From Gemmatimonadales bacterium (GTDB lineage: Bacteria; Gemmatimonadota; Gemmatimonadetes; Gemmatimonadales; GWC2-71-9), in NCBI GenBank assembly GCA_035543695.1, contig DATKJJ010000256.1, positions 1-29,431 on the forward strand: a DNA stretch of 29,431 bases, written 5' to 3'. The position numbers were made by a program, and so were the translations under genes. Positions 18,239-27,689 of this stretch are shown piece by piece. Under the pieces are notes generated by a model that saw only the letters and a list, made by a program, of their open reading frames with translations, searched no databases and was not told the DNA's origin. Each line of letters starts with the position of its first letter. The stretch's first letter is position 1.

Positions 18239-18634
18239 ATGGATGAAATCGAGGACAAGACCAGAGTCGACAAATGGCTGTGGGCGGCACGGTTCTATAA
18301 AACCCGGTCACTTGCGGCCGAAGCTGTGGCGGGAGGGAAGGTCCAGGTCAACGGAGAGCGGGTAAAACGGGCCAAGCCGCTACAGGTGGGCGACGAGATT
18401 CGAATCCGGCAGGGGCCGTACGAGCACCACGTGGTAGTCCGGGAGCTGTCAAGCCAGCGCGGCCCGGCGGCTCGAGCTCTGCAGCTCTATGAGGAAACTC
18501 CGCAGAGCCGTGCCGCACGCGAGGCCATGGCGCTGCAACTCAAGAGTCTTCACTCGGCTTTCGTGCCGGATCGGGGCCGACCGACGAAAAAGGACCGCAG
18601 GGAAATCAACCGACTGAAGGGCCGTGAACGGTAA
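18239..18634 (+). CDS. hslR: S4-domain ribosome-associated heat shock protein Hsp15
   Basis: RVDKWLWAARFYKTRSLAAEAVAGGKVQVNG...LYEET...GRPTKKDRREI. Confidence 0.92.
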   Translation: MDEIEDKTRVDKWLWAARFYKTRSLAAEAVAGGKVQVNGERVKRAKPLQVGDEIRIRQGPYEHHVVVRELSSQRGPAARALQLYEETPQSRAAREAMALQLKSLHSAFVPDRGRPTKKDRREINRLKGRER

Positions 18635-18692
18635 ACGGTGAACGGGGCGGACCGAGAAGGGCCCGTTTTCAGTTCACTGTTTACTGTTCACG
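18623..18692. repeat. Inverted heptamer array / hairpin between convergent hslR and icd (possible bidirectional terminator)
   Basis: CG-TGAACGG-TAAACGG-TGAACGG ... CAGTTCA-CTGTTTA-CTGTTCA-CG; 20 WC + 2 GU + 1 mismatch over 23 positions on the + strand; includes the hslR TAA. Confidence 0.8.
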
Positions 18693-18694
18693 CT

Positions 18695-19951
<1,257 letters not shown>

Positions 19952-20020
19952 TGTGCGGATCCTTGTCGCCGGAACGATCGACATTTGTTTTGGGGTTGCC
20001 GCAATCTGACTGGGTCATCG

Positions 20021-21754
20021 ATGAACAGCAATACGACGCTTCGTCCGGTTGGCGCCGCCGTCGCGGCCATCCATTCGGCCTACGATGAGTATGCCCGCGG
20101 GTTCGAAGAGATTACCAGCCGGGCTCGCCGAAGATTCGAGCAGCGCGACTGGGCCGGCTCTCAGGCCGACGCAACCGCCAGGCTCGAGCTCTACAAGGCC
20201 CACGTCGATGCTGCCGTCGCCGATGTTCGCGACATTCTCGATGATGCGGTAATGGAGCGAACGGTATGGGGCGCGATGAAGCTCGAGCACGCCTCTCGGG
20301 TTGGTCGCAGACCCGACGCGGAGCTGGCCGAGACCTTCTTCAACTCGGTTACCCGGCGGGTGTTCAGCACGGTGGGAGTGGACTCCGCCATCGAGTATTT
20401 GGAGGCTGCTACGCCGGCGCCCAAGCCGGATAGGGAACCCGAGATCTACGACACTCACTCGCTGTCCCGAGTAGGTGCCGGCCTGATCCACCGGATCCTG
20501 AGCAACATCCCCTGGACGGTTCGCTACGCCCAGCTGGACCGGGATGCGGCACTGGTGGCGGAGCTGATCGAGGCGCGGGTCCGGCAGGAATCCTCCAGCC
20601 CGCAGCCGCCCGAGCTCGACCTGCTTCGCTCGATCTTCTATCGAAACAAAGGGGCTTACCTGGTCGGCCGGATTCGCGCCGGCTCAGCCACCATTCCACT
20701 GGTGCTCCCGCTGCTGCACGCCGAGCGAGGGATCGTGGTGGATGCCGTGTTGATGACCTCGGACGAGGCCAGCGTCGTCTTCGGGTTCAGCTGGAGCTAT
20801 TTCCGGGTTGACGCGCCCCGGCCCCGGGCGCTGGTGGATTTCCTGAGCACGATCATGCCGCTCAAGCAGATTCACGAGCTGTACACGGCCATCGGGCACA
20901 ACAAGCATGGGAAGACGGAGCTCTATCGCGGCCTGATGCTGCACCTGGAGGAGTCGGACGCCCGCTTTTCCTTTGTCGAGGGCGACGAAGGGATGGTCAT
21001 GGCGGTGTTCACGCTGCCTTCCTGGAACGTGGTGTTCAAGATCATCAAGGACAGCTTTGGCGCTCCCAAGAACACCACCCGGCGGGCGGTCATGGCCAAG
21101 TATCATTTCGTGTTCGTGCGAGACCGGGTGGGAAGGCTGGCGGACGCCCAGGAGTTCGAGCACCTCGAGTTTCCCCGCCACTGCTTTCCCGAGGAGCTGC
21201 TGAACTATCTCCTGGAGGTAGCCGGCTCAACCGTGCGGGTGGAGGACGACCGCGTGGTGGTACGCCACCTCTACACCGAGCGGAGGGTCATTCCTCTGAA
21301 TTTGTTCTTACGCCAGGCGGATGAGGCCGCCGCACGCGAGGCGGTGATCGATTACGGCAACGCCATCAAGGATCTCGCCGCGGCGGACATCTTCACCGGA
21401 GATATGCTGGCGAAAAACTTCGGCGTCTCCCGGCATGGCCGGGTCATCTGCTACGACTACGACGAGCTCTGCCTGCTGTCCGAGTGCCGCTTCCGACGCC
21501 TGCCCCAGGCCACCTCGATGGAAGATGAGTTCTCGGCCGAGCCCTGGTTTCACGTCAACGAGCAGGATGTCTTCCCCGAGGAGTTCGGTACGTTCCTGCT
21601 CCCGCCGGAACAGCTACGGGACACCTTTCTGGCCGCCCATGCCGATCTCCTTGGCATCGAGTTTTGGCTGGAGGTGCAACGGAAGCTTTCGCGGGGAGAA
21701 GTCGTGGACGTCTTCCCCTACCGGCGGGAGGCCAGGCTGCAGCGGAGACGCTAG
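20021..21754 (+). CDS. aceK: Bifunctional isocitrate dehydrogenase kinase/phosphatase
   Basis: AELAETFFNSV, FYRNKGAYLVGR, HNKHGKTELYR, GMVMAVFTLP...FKIIKD, DRVGRLADAQEF, GDMLAKNFGV, YDYDE; start ATG 20021. Confidence 0.95.
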   Translation: MNSNTTLRPVGAAVAAIHSAYDEYARGFEEITSRARRRFEQRDWAGSQADATARLELYKAHVDAAVADVRDILDDAVMERTVWGAMKLEHASRVGRRPDAELAETFFNSVTRRVFSTVGVDSAIEYLEAATPAPKPDREPEIYDTHSLSRVGAGLIHRILSNIPWTVRYAQLDRDAALVAELIEARVRQESSSPQPPELDLLRSIFYRNKGAYLVGRIRAGSATIPLVLPLLHAERGIVVDAVLMTSDEASVVFGFSWSYFRVDAPRPRALVDFLSTIMPLKQIHELYTAIGHNKHGKTELYRGLMLHLEESDARFSFVEGDEGMVMAVFTLPSWNVVFKIIKDSFGAPKNTTRRAVMAKYHFVFVRDRVGRLADAQEFEHLEFPRHCFPEELLNYLLEVAGSTVRVEDDRVVVRHLYTERRVIPLNLFLRQADEAAAREAVIDYGNAIKDLAAADIFTGDMLAKNFGVSRHGRVICYDYDELCLLSECRFRRLPQATSMEDEFSAEPWFHVNEQDVFPEEFGTFLLPPEQLRDTFLAAHADLLGIEFWLEVQRKLSRGEVVDVFPYRREARLQRRR

Positions 21755-21818
21755 AGCTGGTCGGTGTCTCCAGCAGGGCGACAGGTGCACCAGGCAGGGC
21801 CTGATGCTCACAGCGAGT

Positions 21819-22169
21819 TCAGCGCTCGAAGTTGGTGAGCCTGGCGGCCGCTTCGAGGATTCGCCGGGTGTAGTCTCCGGCCGACTCGCGAGCCTTGCGC
21901 TCGGGAAGTACGAAGTCGGGATTGTCCGGCTCCGCTGAATCGGGCGAGTTGGTCAGGGTGTCGCCACCCCGGGACTCGACCAGCGACTCGAACCGGTCGA
22001 CCGCCGACCAGAGATCGGCCAGCTCATCGTCGTTCTCATCCCCATTCAACAGAACGCCTCGGCGCGCCAGGATGTCGGCGGTATGCTCCCGGGCGCGGGC
22101 CTGCTCCTCGCCCCGATGCGGGTTCAGGGCTTCGTCGATCTCACCCGATTCGGGTGTCTTTCGATCCAT
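21819..22169 (-). CDS. Acidic hypothetical protein (116 aa)
   Basis: ATG with G-rich SD, compact acidic ORF 9 bp downstream of 22179-22481; fills the gap to the aceK stop. Confidence 0.75.
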   Translation of the reverse strand: MDRKTPESGEIDEALNPHRGEEQARAREHTADILARRGVLLNGDENDDELADLWSAVDRFESLVESRGGDTLTNSPDSAEPDNPDFVLPERKARESAGDYTRRILEAAARLTNFER

Positions 22170-22178
22170 CAGACCCCC

Positions 22179-22481
22179 CTAGGAATGCGTGCTGCGTGTC
22201 TGCCGGTTGGAAGCCCGGAGGTAACGCTCGGCCAGTTGCTCCAGGCGTTCGTTTCCGTCCTCCCGAGCCTCCTCCAAAATGCGTTCGATCCAGGGCACAA
22301 GCTTCGGCTCTCCCCAATAGTAGCCGGTAGCGGACTCAGCGCTCGCGGTGTCGCCCGCATCCGCGCCGCGGAGCAGAGCTCTGGCTGCGGCTAGATCGTA
22401 GGAGGGGTCTTCCGGCGATGGCAGCGGATACCGGGGCGCTTCTCCGGTACCGGCGTCCTCGTTGACGAACGCTCTGGACAT
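22179..22481 (-). CDS. Hypothetical protein with MSRAFV N-terminus (100 aa)
   Basis: MSRAFVNED resembles the N-terminus of atypical GreA/GreB-family proteins but no Gre C-terminal domain is visible; TATACT 5 nt upstream. Confidence 0.7.
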   Translation of the reverse strand: MSRAFVNEDAGTGEAPRYPLPSPEDPSYDLAAARALLRGADAGDTASAESATGYYWGEPKLVPWIERILEEAREDGNERLEQLAERYLRASNRQTRSTHS

Positions 22482-22486
22482 GTCGG

Positions 22487-22492
22487 AGTATA
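22487..22492 (-). promoter_or_regulatory. -10 element, probable leaderless promoter
   Basis: TATACT 5 nt before ATG 22481; just downstream of the upstream gene's terminator; no SD. Confidence 0.55.
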
Positions 22493-22519
22493 GCCTTTTT
22501 TGCCGCTGCCGACAGCCGG

Positions 22520-22559
22520 AAAAAGAACAGCCCCGGACGGTAAACCGTCCGAGGCTATT
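22520..22559 (-). terminator. Rho-independent terminator after the glycine-zipper lipoprotein
   Basis: AATAGCCTCGGACGG-TTTA-CCGTCCGGGGCTGTT then CTTTTT; 15-bp stem with two GU pairs. Confidence 0.85.
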
Positions 22560-22574
22560 CGGTGTTGTAGTGGG

Positions 22575-23324
22575 TCAGATCCGGCGGAAAGGCGCCCCCA
22601 AAGTGACCTTCATGCGAGACCCGGCGGGAACGACCACGTCCCGATCCTGGGTCTGGACCGCCCGTTGAGTTCCTACGGCCGCGCCAGCGACGCCGCCAAT
22701 GACCGCGCCCTTGGTGCTGCCACCGCTCACCGCGGTGCCCAGGAGGGCGCCGGCACCGGCTCCAACGCCGACCTTGGCCAGGTCACCCGCGTTGGTCTTC
22801 CGGTCCTTGAGGGTCCGGTCGAGTGCCGCGGCAGACCCCTTGAGCGGATAGGTCTTACCCGCAATGGACACCAGAGTCGGGGTCAGGACCAGCTTGCCGG
22901 TCTTGTCCGACTTGTTCTCGGACTCGTGGATCGCGGCGATCGTGAGATACACCTTGGAGCCCTTCGGAATGACCACCCGGCCGCTCTTGTCCTTTACGTC
23001 AGAGGAGACGGTGCCGGTCAGCTTCTGTCCCGCCTTGTGCGTCCGGGAGCTGATGCCCCCGTCGAACTTGGCCGAGATCGCCGTCCCTGAAGACAGCGTC
23101 ATGTTGGTGGCCTTTGCGGCCGGTTTTGCCGCCGGCTTCGACGCAGTCTTGGTCGATGACTTCGTCGCCGGCTTGGAGCCGTGATCATTCAGCGGGGCGC
23201 TGGCATCTACCCCGGGACGTTGCAGATCGCGGTCGGAGTCGTCGATGAGGGAAGACTTTCCCTTGTCGCCGCCGCACCCCGCCAGGAGGGCTAAAGTGAG
23301 AAGTACCAGTCTGTTACCTGACAT
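22575..23324 (-). CDS. Lipoprotein with Lys/Ala/Pro linker, beta-rich domain and C-terminal glycine zipper
   Basis: Lipobox LLAGC; KPATKSS...KPAAKPAAK linker; GVGAGAGALLGTAVSGG...GAVIGGVAGAAVG; GGAGG RBS. Confidence 0.85.
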   Translation of the reverse strand: MSGNRLVLLTLALLAGCGGDKGKSSLIDDSDRDLQRPGVDASAPLNDHGSKPATKSSTKTASKPAAKPAAKATNMTLSSGTAISAKFDGGISSRTHKAGQKLTGTVSSDVKDKSGRVVIPKGSKVYLTIAAIHESENKSDKTGKLVLTPTLVSIAGKTYPLKGSAAALDRTLKDRKTNAGDLAKVGVGAGAGALLGTAVSGGSTKGAVIGGVAGAAVGTQRAVQTQDRDVVVPAGSRMKVTLGAPFRRI

Positions 23325-23417
23325 GTGACGCCTCCAGAACTATTGGACTGGATTGCCAATCGGGATGCAGATGCGGGTGGAAAGGCAAGAGCAGGGCCAG
23401 GGCAAGGGCAGGCGGCA

Positions 23418-23509
23418 GCAGGGCGCGGGGAGCGGGGAGCGGGTGTTGCCAAAAGGAAGCGGGGCCGCTCCGAAGACCGGCCCCGCTGCCCACAGCCCGG
23501 CGGCCCTGC
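23418..23509. repeat. Degenerate heptamer inverted array overlapping the pilC terminator
   Basis: GCAGGGC-GCGGGGA-GCGGGGA-GCGGGTG left; CCCCGCT-GCCCACA-GCCCGGC-G-GCCCTGC right, ending at the pilC stop. Confidence 0.5.
23451..23486 (-). terminator. Rho-independent terminator of the pilBTC operon
   Basis: GCGGGGCCG-GTCTTCGGAG-CGGCCCCGC then TTCCTTTT; contains a cUUCGg tetraloop. Confidence 0.8.
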
Positions 23510-24718
23510 CTACTGCACCGCGTTCATCATGTCGAAGATCGGCAGGTACATCGCGACCACCATGCCGCCGACGATAACGCCGAGGACGACGATCATCAGG
23601 GGCTCCATGAGCGAGAGCAGGGCGGAGACCGCGACGTCGACCTCTTCGTCGTAGAAGTCGGCGATCTTGGTGAGCATCTCGTCCAGGCCGCCGGTCTGCT
23701 CGCCGACGGCGATCATCGAGATCACCATGGGCGGGAATACCTTGGACTTCTCCAGCGGGGCGGCGATGGTCTCACCGCCGGCGATCGACTGGCGGGATTC
23801 CATGACCGCGTTGTGAATCACCATGTTGCCCGCGGTTTTGGCGGTGATCTCCAGTCCATCCAGAATCGACACGCCAGAGGAGATCAGCGTACCGAGCGTC
23901 CGGGTGAAGCGCGACACGGCCGACTTCCGGAGGATGTCGCCCAGCACCGGCGCCTTGAGCATCAGGCCATCGATCTGGAGCTTGCCGCCCGAAGTGGCGT
24001 AGTAGCGATTGAAGGCGAAGAACAGGCCGGCGATGGCGGCGATGATGGCCCACCAGTAGCCAATCAGCAGCTGGGACATGCCGATCACGATCCGAGTCGG
24101 CAGCGGTAGCTCCAGATTGACCGAGGCGAACATGCTCTGGAAGGTGGGGATCACGAAGATGAGCAGCACCGCGATCGCGATCACGGCGACGCTCATGATG
24201 ACCGCCGGGTACACCATGGCGCCCTTCACCTTGCGGATGAGGGCGTCGCTCTTTTCCAGGAACGTGGCCAACCGGATCAAGATGGTATCGAGAATACCGC
24301 CGGCCTCACCGGCGGCCACCATGTTGACATAGAGGTCGCTGAAGGCCCGGGGGTGCTTACGGAAGGCGTCGGCCAGAGTGTTGCCGGCCTCGACGTCGTG
24401 CACCACTGCCCTGGTTACTTCCTGCAGCGTCTTGTTCTCGGTTTGCGATGCCAGGATGCTGAGGGATTGAACCAGCGGAAGTCCCGCGTTGATCATCGTG
24501 GCGAACTGACGGGTGAAGATGACGATGTCGCGGGTCTTGACCTTCCCTTTCCGGAAGCCGCCGAGCGTGATCTTGGTGGGCGCCTCCCGCACGCTCACCA
24601 GGATCAGACGGTTCTTCCGAAGGTAGGCGCTGACCTCCTCCTTCGACTTGACATCCACCTGGCCCTTTTGGATCTGGCCATTCGCGGCATTGCGCGCGGT
24701 GTATTCGAACAGTGGCAT
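23510..24718 (-). CDS. pilC: Type IV pilus inner-membrane platform protein (T2SSF family)
   Basis: FTRQFATMINAGLPL, VEAGNTLADA, MVAAGEAGGILD, KVKGAMVYP, MIAVGEQTGGLDEML, LPIFDM. Confidence 0.97.
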   Translation of the reverse strand: MPLFEYTARNAANGQIQKGQVDVKSKEEVSAYLRKNRLILVSVREAPTKITLGGFRKGKVKTRDIVIFTRQFATMINAGLPLVQSLSILASQTENKTLQEVTRAVVHDVEAGNTLADAFRKHPRAFSDLYVNMVAAGEAGGILDTILIRLATFLEKSDALIRKVKGAMVYPAVIMSVAVIAIAVLLIFVIPTFQSMFASVNLELPLPTRIVIGMSQLLIGYWWAIIAAIAGLFFAFNRYYATSGGKLQIDGLMLKAPVLGDILRKSAVSRFTRTLGTLISSGVSILDGLEITAKTAGNMVIHNAVMESRQSIAGGETIAAPLEKSKVFPPMVISMIAVGEQTGGLDEMLTKIADFYDEEVDVAVSALLSLMEPLMIVVLGVIVGGMVVAMYLPIFDMMNAVQ

Positions 24719-24760
24719 CGGTCCTCTCCGATTCAGGGGCGCAGGTGGTACGCCCTTTGG

Positions 24761-25906
24761 TTACCGCCGGATACCAGCGGATTTCTGCTGTGCGTGCTGC
24801 TGCGGGCGGTCCGACCCGCCCATCCCCTCGTCTTCCAGGGGCGTCACTCCAATCATCCGGAGGAATTCCTTGGGGTCGCTGGAGACCCGCTCGCACTCTT
24901 CCTGAGATACTTCCCGGCTGGTGTAGAGCTGGTACAGCGCGTCATTCATGGTTTGCATGCCGAACTTCTTGCCGGACTGCATGGCGGAGTAGATCTGGTG
25001 GATCTTGTCGTCGCGAATGAGGGCCCGGATGGCGGGCGTGGCGACCATGATCTCGGACGCCATGCAGCGCCCACGGCCCTTCGCCTTGGGCAGCAAGGTC
25101 TGGGTGATGACGCCCTCCAGCACGAAGGCGAGCTGGGCTCGGACCTGGGACTGCTGATTCGATGGAAACACGTCGATGATCCGGTTGATCGACTCGGCGG
25201 CGGAGTTCGTATGCAGCGTGGCGAGCACCAGGTGACCGGTTTCGGCGATCGTCAGCGCGGCCGCAACTGTCTCGAGGTCCCGCATTTCTCCCACCAGGAT
25301 GACGTCCGGATCCTCTCGCAACGCATACTTGAGCGCGTTGGCGAAAGTCTTGGTGTCGGTGCCGATCTCGCGCTGGTTGACGATGCACGATTGGTGGCGA
25401 TGGATGAACTCGATAGGATCTTCGACGGTAATGATGTGGCCCTTCCGCTCCTTGTTGATCTTGTCGATGATGGCGGCCAAGGTGGTGGATTTTCCGGAGC
25501 CGGTAGGACCGGTCACCAGAATCAATCCACGGGGCCGTTCGGCCAGCTTGGCAATGACGGGCGGAAGACCTAACTCCTGAAACGTTCGCACATTGAAGGG
25601 AATCATGCGGATTACCATGGCCACACATCCGCGCTGCTTAAAGACGTTGCCACGGAACCGCGCGAGGTTCTGGATGCCGAAGGAAAAGTCCAGCTCGTCG
25701 TCGGTTTCGAAGCGCTTCTTTTGATTTTCGGTCAGAACCGAGTACGCCAGCTGGAGCGTGTCCTTGGGCGTCAGCACATCGGGCACGGAGCTGTCGACGA
25801 TGTCGCCGTCTACCCGCAGCTTGGGCTTCTCGGCTGCAGTGATGTGCAGGTCGGAAGCATCCTTCTGGATCATTTCCTCGAGAAGTGCTCGCAGGTTCAG
25901 CGTCAT
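24761..25906 (-). CDS. pilT: Type IV pilus retraction ATPase
   Basis: GPTGSGKS, ITVEDPIE, ALREDPDVILVGEMRD, GHLVLATLH, AIRALIRD motif, GMQTM; no Zn tetracysteine. Confidence 0.97.
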   Translation of the reverse strand: MTLNLRALLEEMIQKDASDLHITAAEKPKLRVDGDIVDSSVPDVLTPKDTLQLAYSVLTENQKKRFETDDELDFSFGIQNLARFRGNVFKQRGCVAMVIRMIPFNVRTFQELGLPPVIAKLAERPRGLILVTGPTGSGKSTTLAAIIDKINKERKGHIITVEDPIEFIHRHQSCIVNQREIGTDTKTFANALKYALREDPDVILVGEMRDLETVAAALTIAETGHLVLATLHTNSAAESINRIIDVFPSNQQSQVRAQLAFVLEGVITQTLLPKAKGRGRCMASEIMVATPAIRALIRDDKIHQIYSAMQSGKKFGMQTMNDALYQLYTSREVSQEECERVSSDPKEFLRMIGVTPLEDEGMGGSDRPQQHAQQKSAGIRR

Positions 25907-27612
25907 TCGGCAGTCTCCTTGACCACTTCCTCCAGGGTAGTAATGCCACGCTCGATCTTCTTCATCCCATCCATGCGCAGCGTCAGCATGCCTTCGGAGA
26001 CCGCCTGGTCTCGAATTTCGACGACCGAAGCGCCTCGAAGGATCATGCGTCTGAGCTCGGGAGACAGCGCCATCACTTCATAGAGGCCGGCCCGGCCCTT
26101 GTAGCCGGTGCCGCTGCAGGTGTCGCAGCCAGTGCCCTTCATGAACGTGAGCTTGCGCAAACTCTCAAGATTTGTGCCCAGGGCTGACAGCTCCGGATCG
26201 GTGTAGTTGTGCTCGGCCTTGCAGTCCTTGCAGATGCGCCGGATCAAACGCTGCGCTACGACGAGGTTTACTGCGCTGGCAACGTTGAACGCCTCGATAC
26301 CCATGTCGATCATACGGGTGATGGTGCTGGGGGCGTCGTTGGTGTGCAGCGTGGAGAGCACGAGGTGGCCGGTGAGCGCGGCCTTGATGGCAATGCCGCC
26401 GGTCTCCAGGTCTCGGATCTCACCGATCATGATGATGTTGGGGTCTTGCCGGAGGAACGCTTTCAGCGCCGCGGCAAAGGTGAGCCCAATCTCGGTGCGC
26501 ACCAGCACCTGGTTGATGCCCATCAGGTTGTACTCGACCGGGTCTTCCGCCGTCATGATGTTGACTTCCGGCGTGTTGATCCGGGACAAAGCCGAGTAGA
26601 GCGTGGTGGTTTTGCCTGATCCCGTCGGGCCGGTGACCAGCACCATGCCGTAGGGGTTCAGGATGGCCTTCATCAGGTCCTTCTCGGCCTTGGGCTCGAA
26701 TCCGAACTTGGTGAGGTCGAGCGTTAGGTTGCCCTTGTCCAGAATTCGGAGCACGATCTTCTCGCCGAACAGCACCGGCAGGGTCGACACTCGGAAGTCG
26801 ATCACCCGGCTGCCCATCTTCAGCTTCAGACGCCCGTCCTGCGGCACCCGGCGCTCGGCGATGTTGAGCTGCGACAGGATCTTCACGCGCGAAGTCAGGG
26901 CCGCCTTCATTTTCAGGGGCGGCCGCATGATCTCGAGCAGCGCGCCGTCGATTCGGTAGCGCACCCGGATTTCGTGCTCGAACGGCTCGATGTGAATGTC
27001 GCTGGCTCCCCGACGGACGGCGTCGGTCAGGAGTCCGTTGATCAGCTTGACCACCGGCGCATCGTCGATCTGCGCCTGAGTTGCGGCCTCATCCTCCTCC
27101 TGCTCCACCACCTCCACATCCTCACCGGTTTCTTCCATGTCCTTGAGGATGCTCTGCAGCTGCTGGTCCGAGGCCTCGTAATGCCTCTCGATCAGATTGC
27201 GCAGGGTGTATTCACCCGCGATGACCGGGAACAGATCGAACCGGGTGATGAACTTGAGATCTTCCAGCAGACCCAGGTCGGTGGGGTCGGCCATGGCGAC
27301 GGTAAGGGTGCGGCCTTCCCGCTTCAGCGGGAGGACCACGCTCTTGGTGGCCATGTCGGCGGGTACCAGCTTGATGATCTTGGGATCCACCTCGAACCGG
27401 GAGAGGTCGACAGCCGGCATGCGGTACTGCCGGGCCAGCACTTTGGTGATCTCCAGCTCCTGGACGAGCCCGAGCTTCACCAACACATAGCCGAGCCGGT
27501 GTTTGGTGTTTTTCTGCTCCGCGAGGGCCTGCGCGAGCTGCTCACGCGTGACCAGGCCTTCGCGAAGAAGGATTTCGCCGAGCCGATCACCACCGGCTGC
27601 TGCCGTCGCCAT
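25903..27612 (-). CDS. pilB: Type IV pilus assembly ATPase with N-terminal MshEN domain
   Basis: ASDIHIEP, PQDGR, GPTGSGKT, TAEDPVE, RQDPNIIMIGEIRD, GHLVLSTLH, CKDC...CDTC; tandem RLG...Q MshEN motifs. Confidence 0.97.
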   Translation of the reverse strand: MATAAAGGDRLGEILLREGLVTREQLAQALAEQKNTKHRLGYVLVKLGLVQELEITKVLARQYRMPAVDLSRFEVDPKIIKLVPADMATKSVVLPLKREGRTLTVAMADPTDLGLLEDLKFITRFDLFPVIAGEYTLRNLIERHYEASDQQLQSILKDMEETGEDVEVVEQEEDEAATQAQIDDAPVVKLINGLLTDAVRRGASDIHIEPFEHEIRVRYRIDGALLEIMRPPLKMKAALTSRVKILSQLNIAERRVPQDGRLKLKMGSRVIDFRVSTLPVLFGEKIVLRILDKGNLTLDLTKFGFEPKAEKDLMKAILNPYGMVLVTGPTGSGKTTTLYSALSRINTPEVNIMTAEDPVEYNLMGINQVLVRTEIGLTFAAALKAFLRQDPNIIMIGEIRDLETGGIAIKAALTGHLVLSTLHTNDAPSTITRMIDMGIEAFNVASAVNLVVAQRLIRRICKDCKAEHNYTDPELSALGTNLESLRKLTFMKGTGCDTCSGTGYKGRAGLYEVMALSPELRRMILRGASVVEIRDQAVSEGMLTLRMDGMKKIERGITTLEEVVKETAE

Positions 27613-27689
27613 GGACTCGCCGTCTTAAGGAGGTATGGGTGGACTGGGGTAATAATCGGCTGGTGGCACCGCGAACCTTAGCCGTCCCC

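Noticed and set aside
24737-24755. Small hairpin between pilT and pilC as a terminator
   Set aside because: 7-bp stem without U-tract inside an apparent operon; may be chance or a processing signal.
24353-25573. 406-aa plus-strand ORF, and similar long ORFs at 48-869, 5835-7289, 9007-9774, 16773-17552, 26974-27681
   Set aside because: Antisense or off-frame shadows of well-supported genes, with no motifs or start signals.
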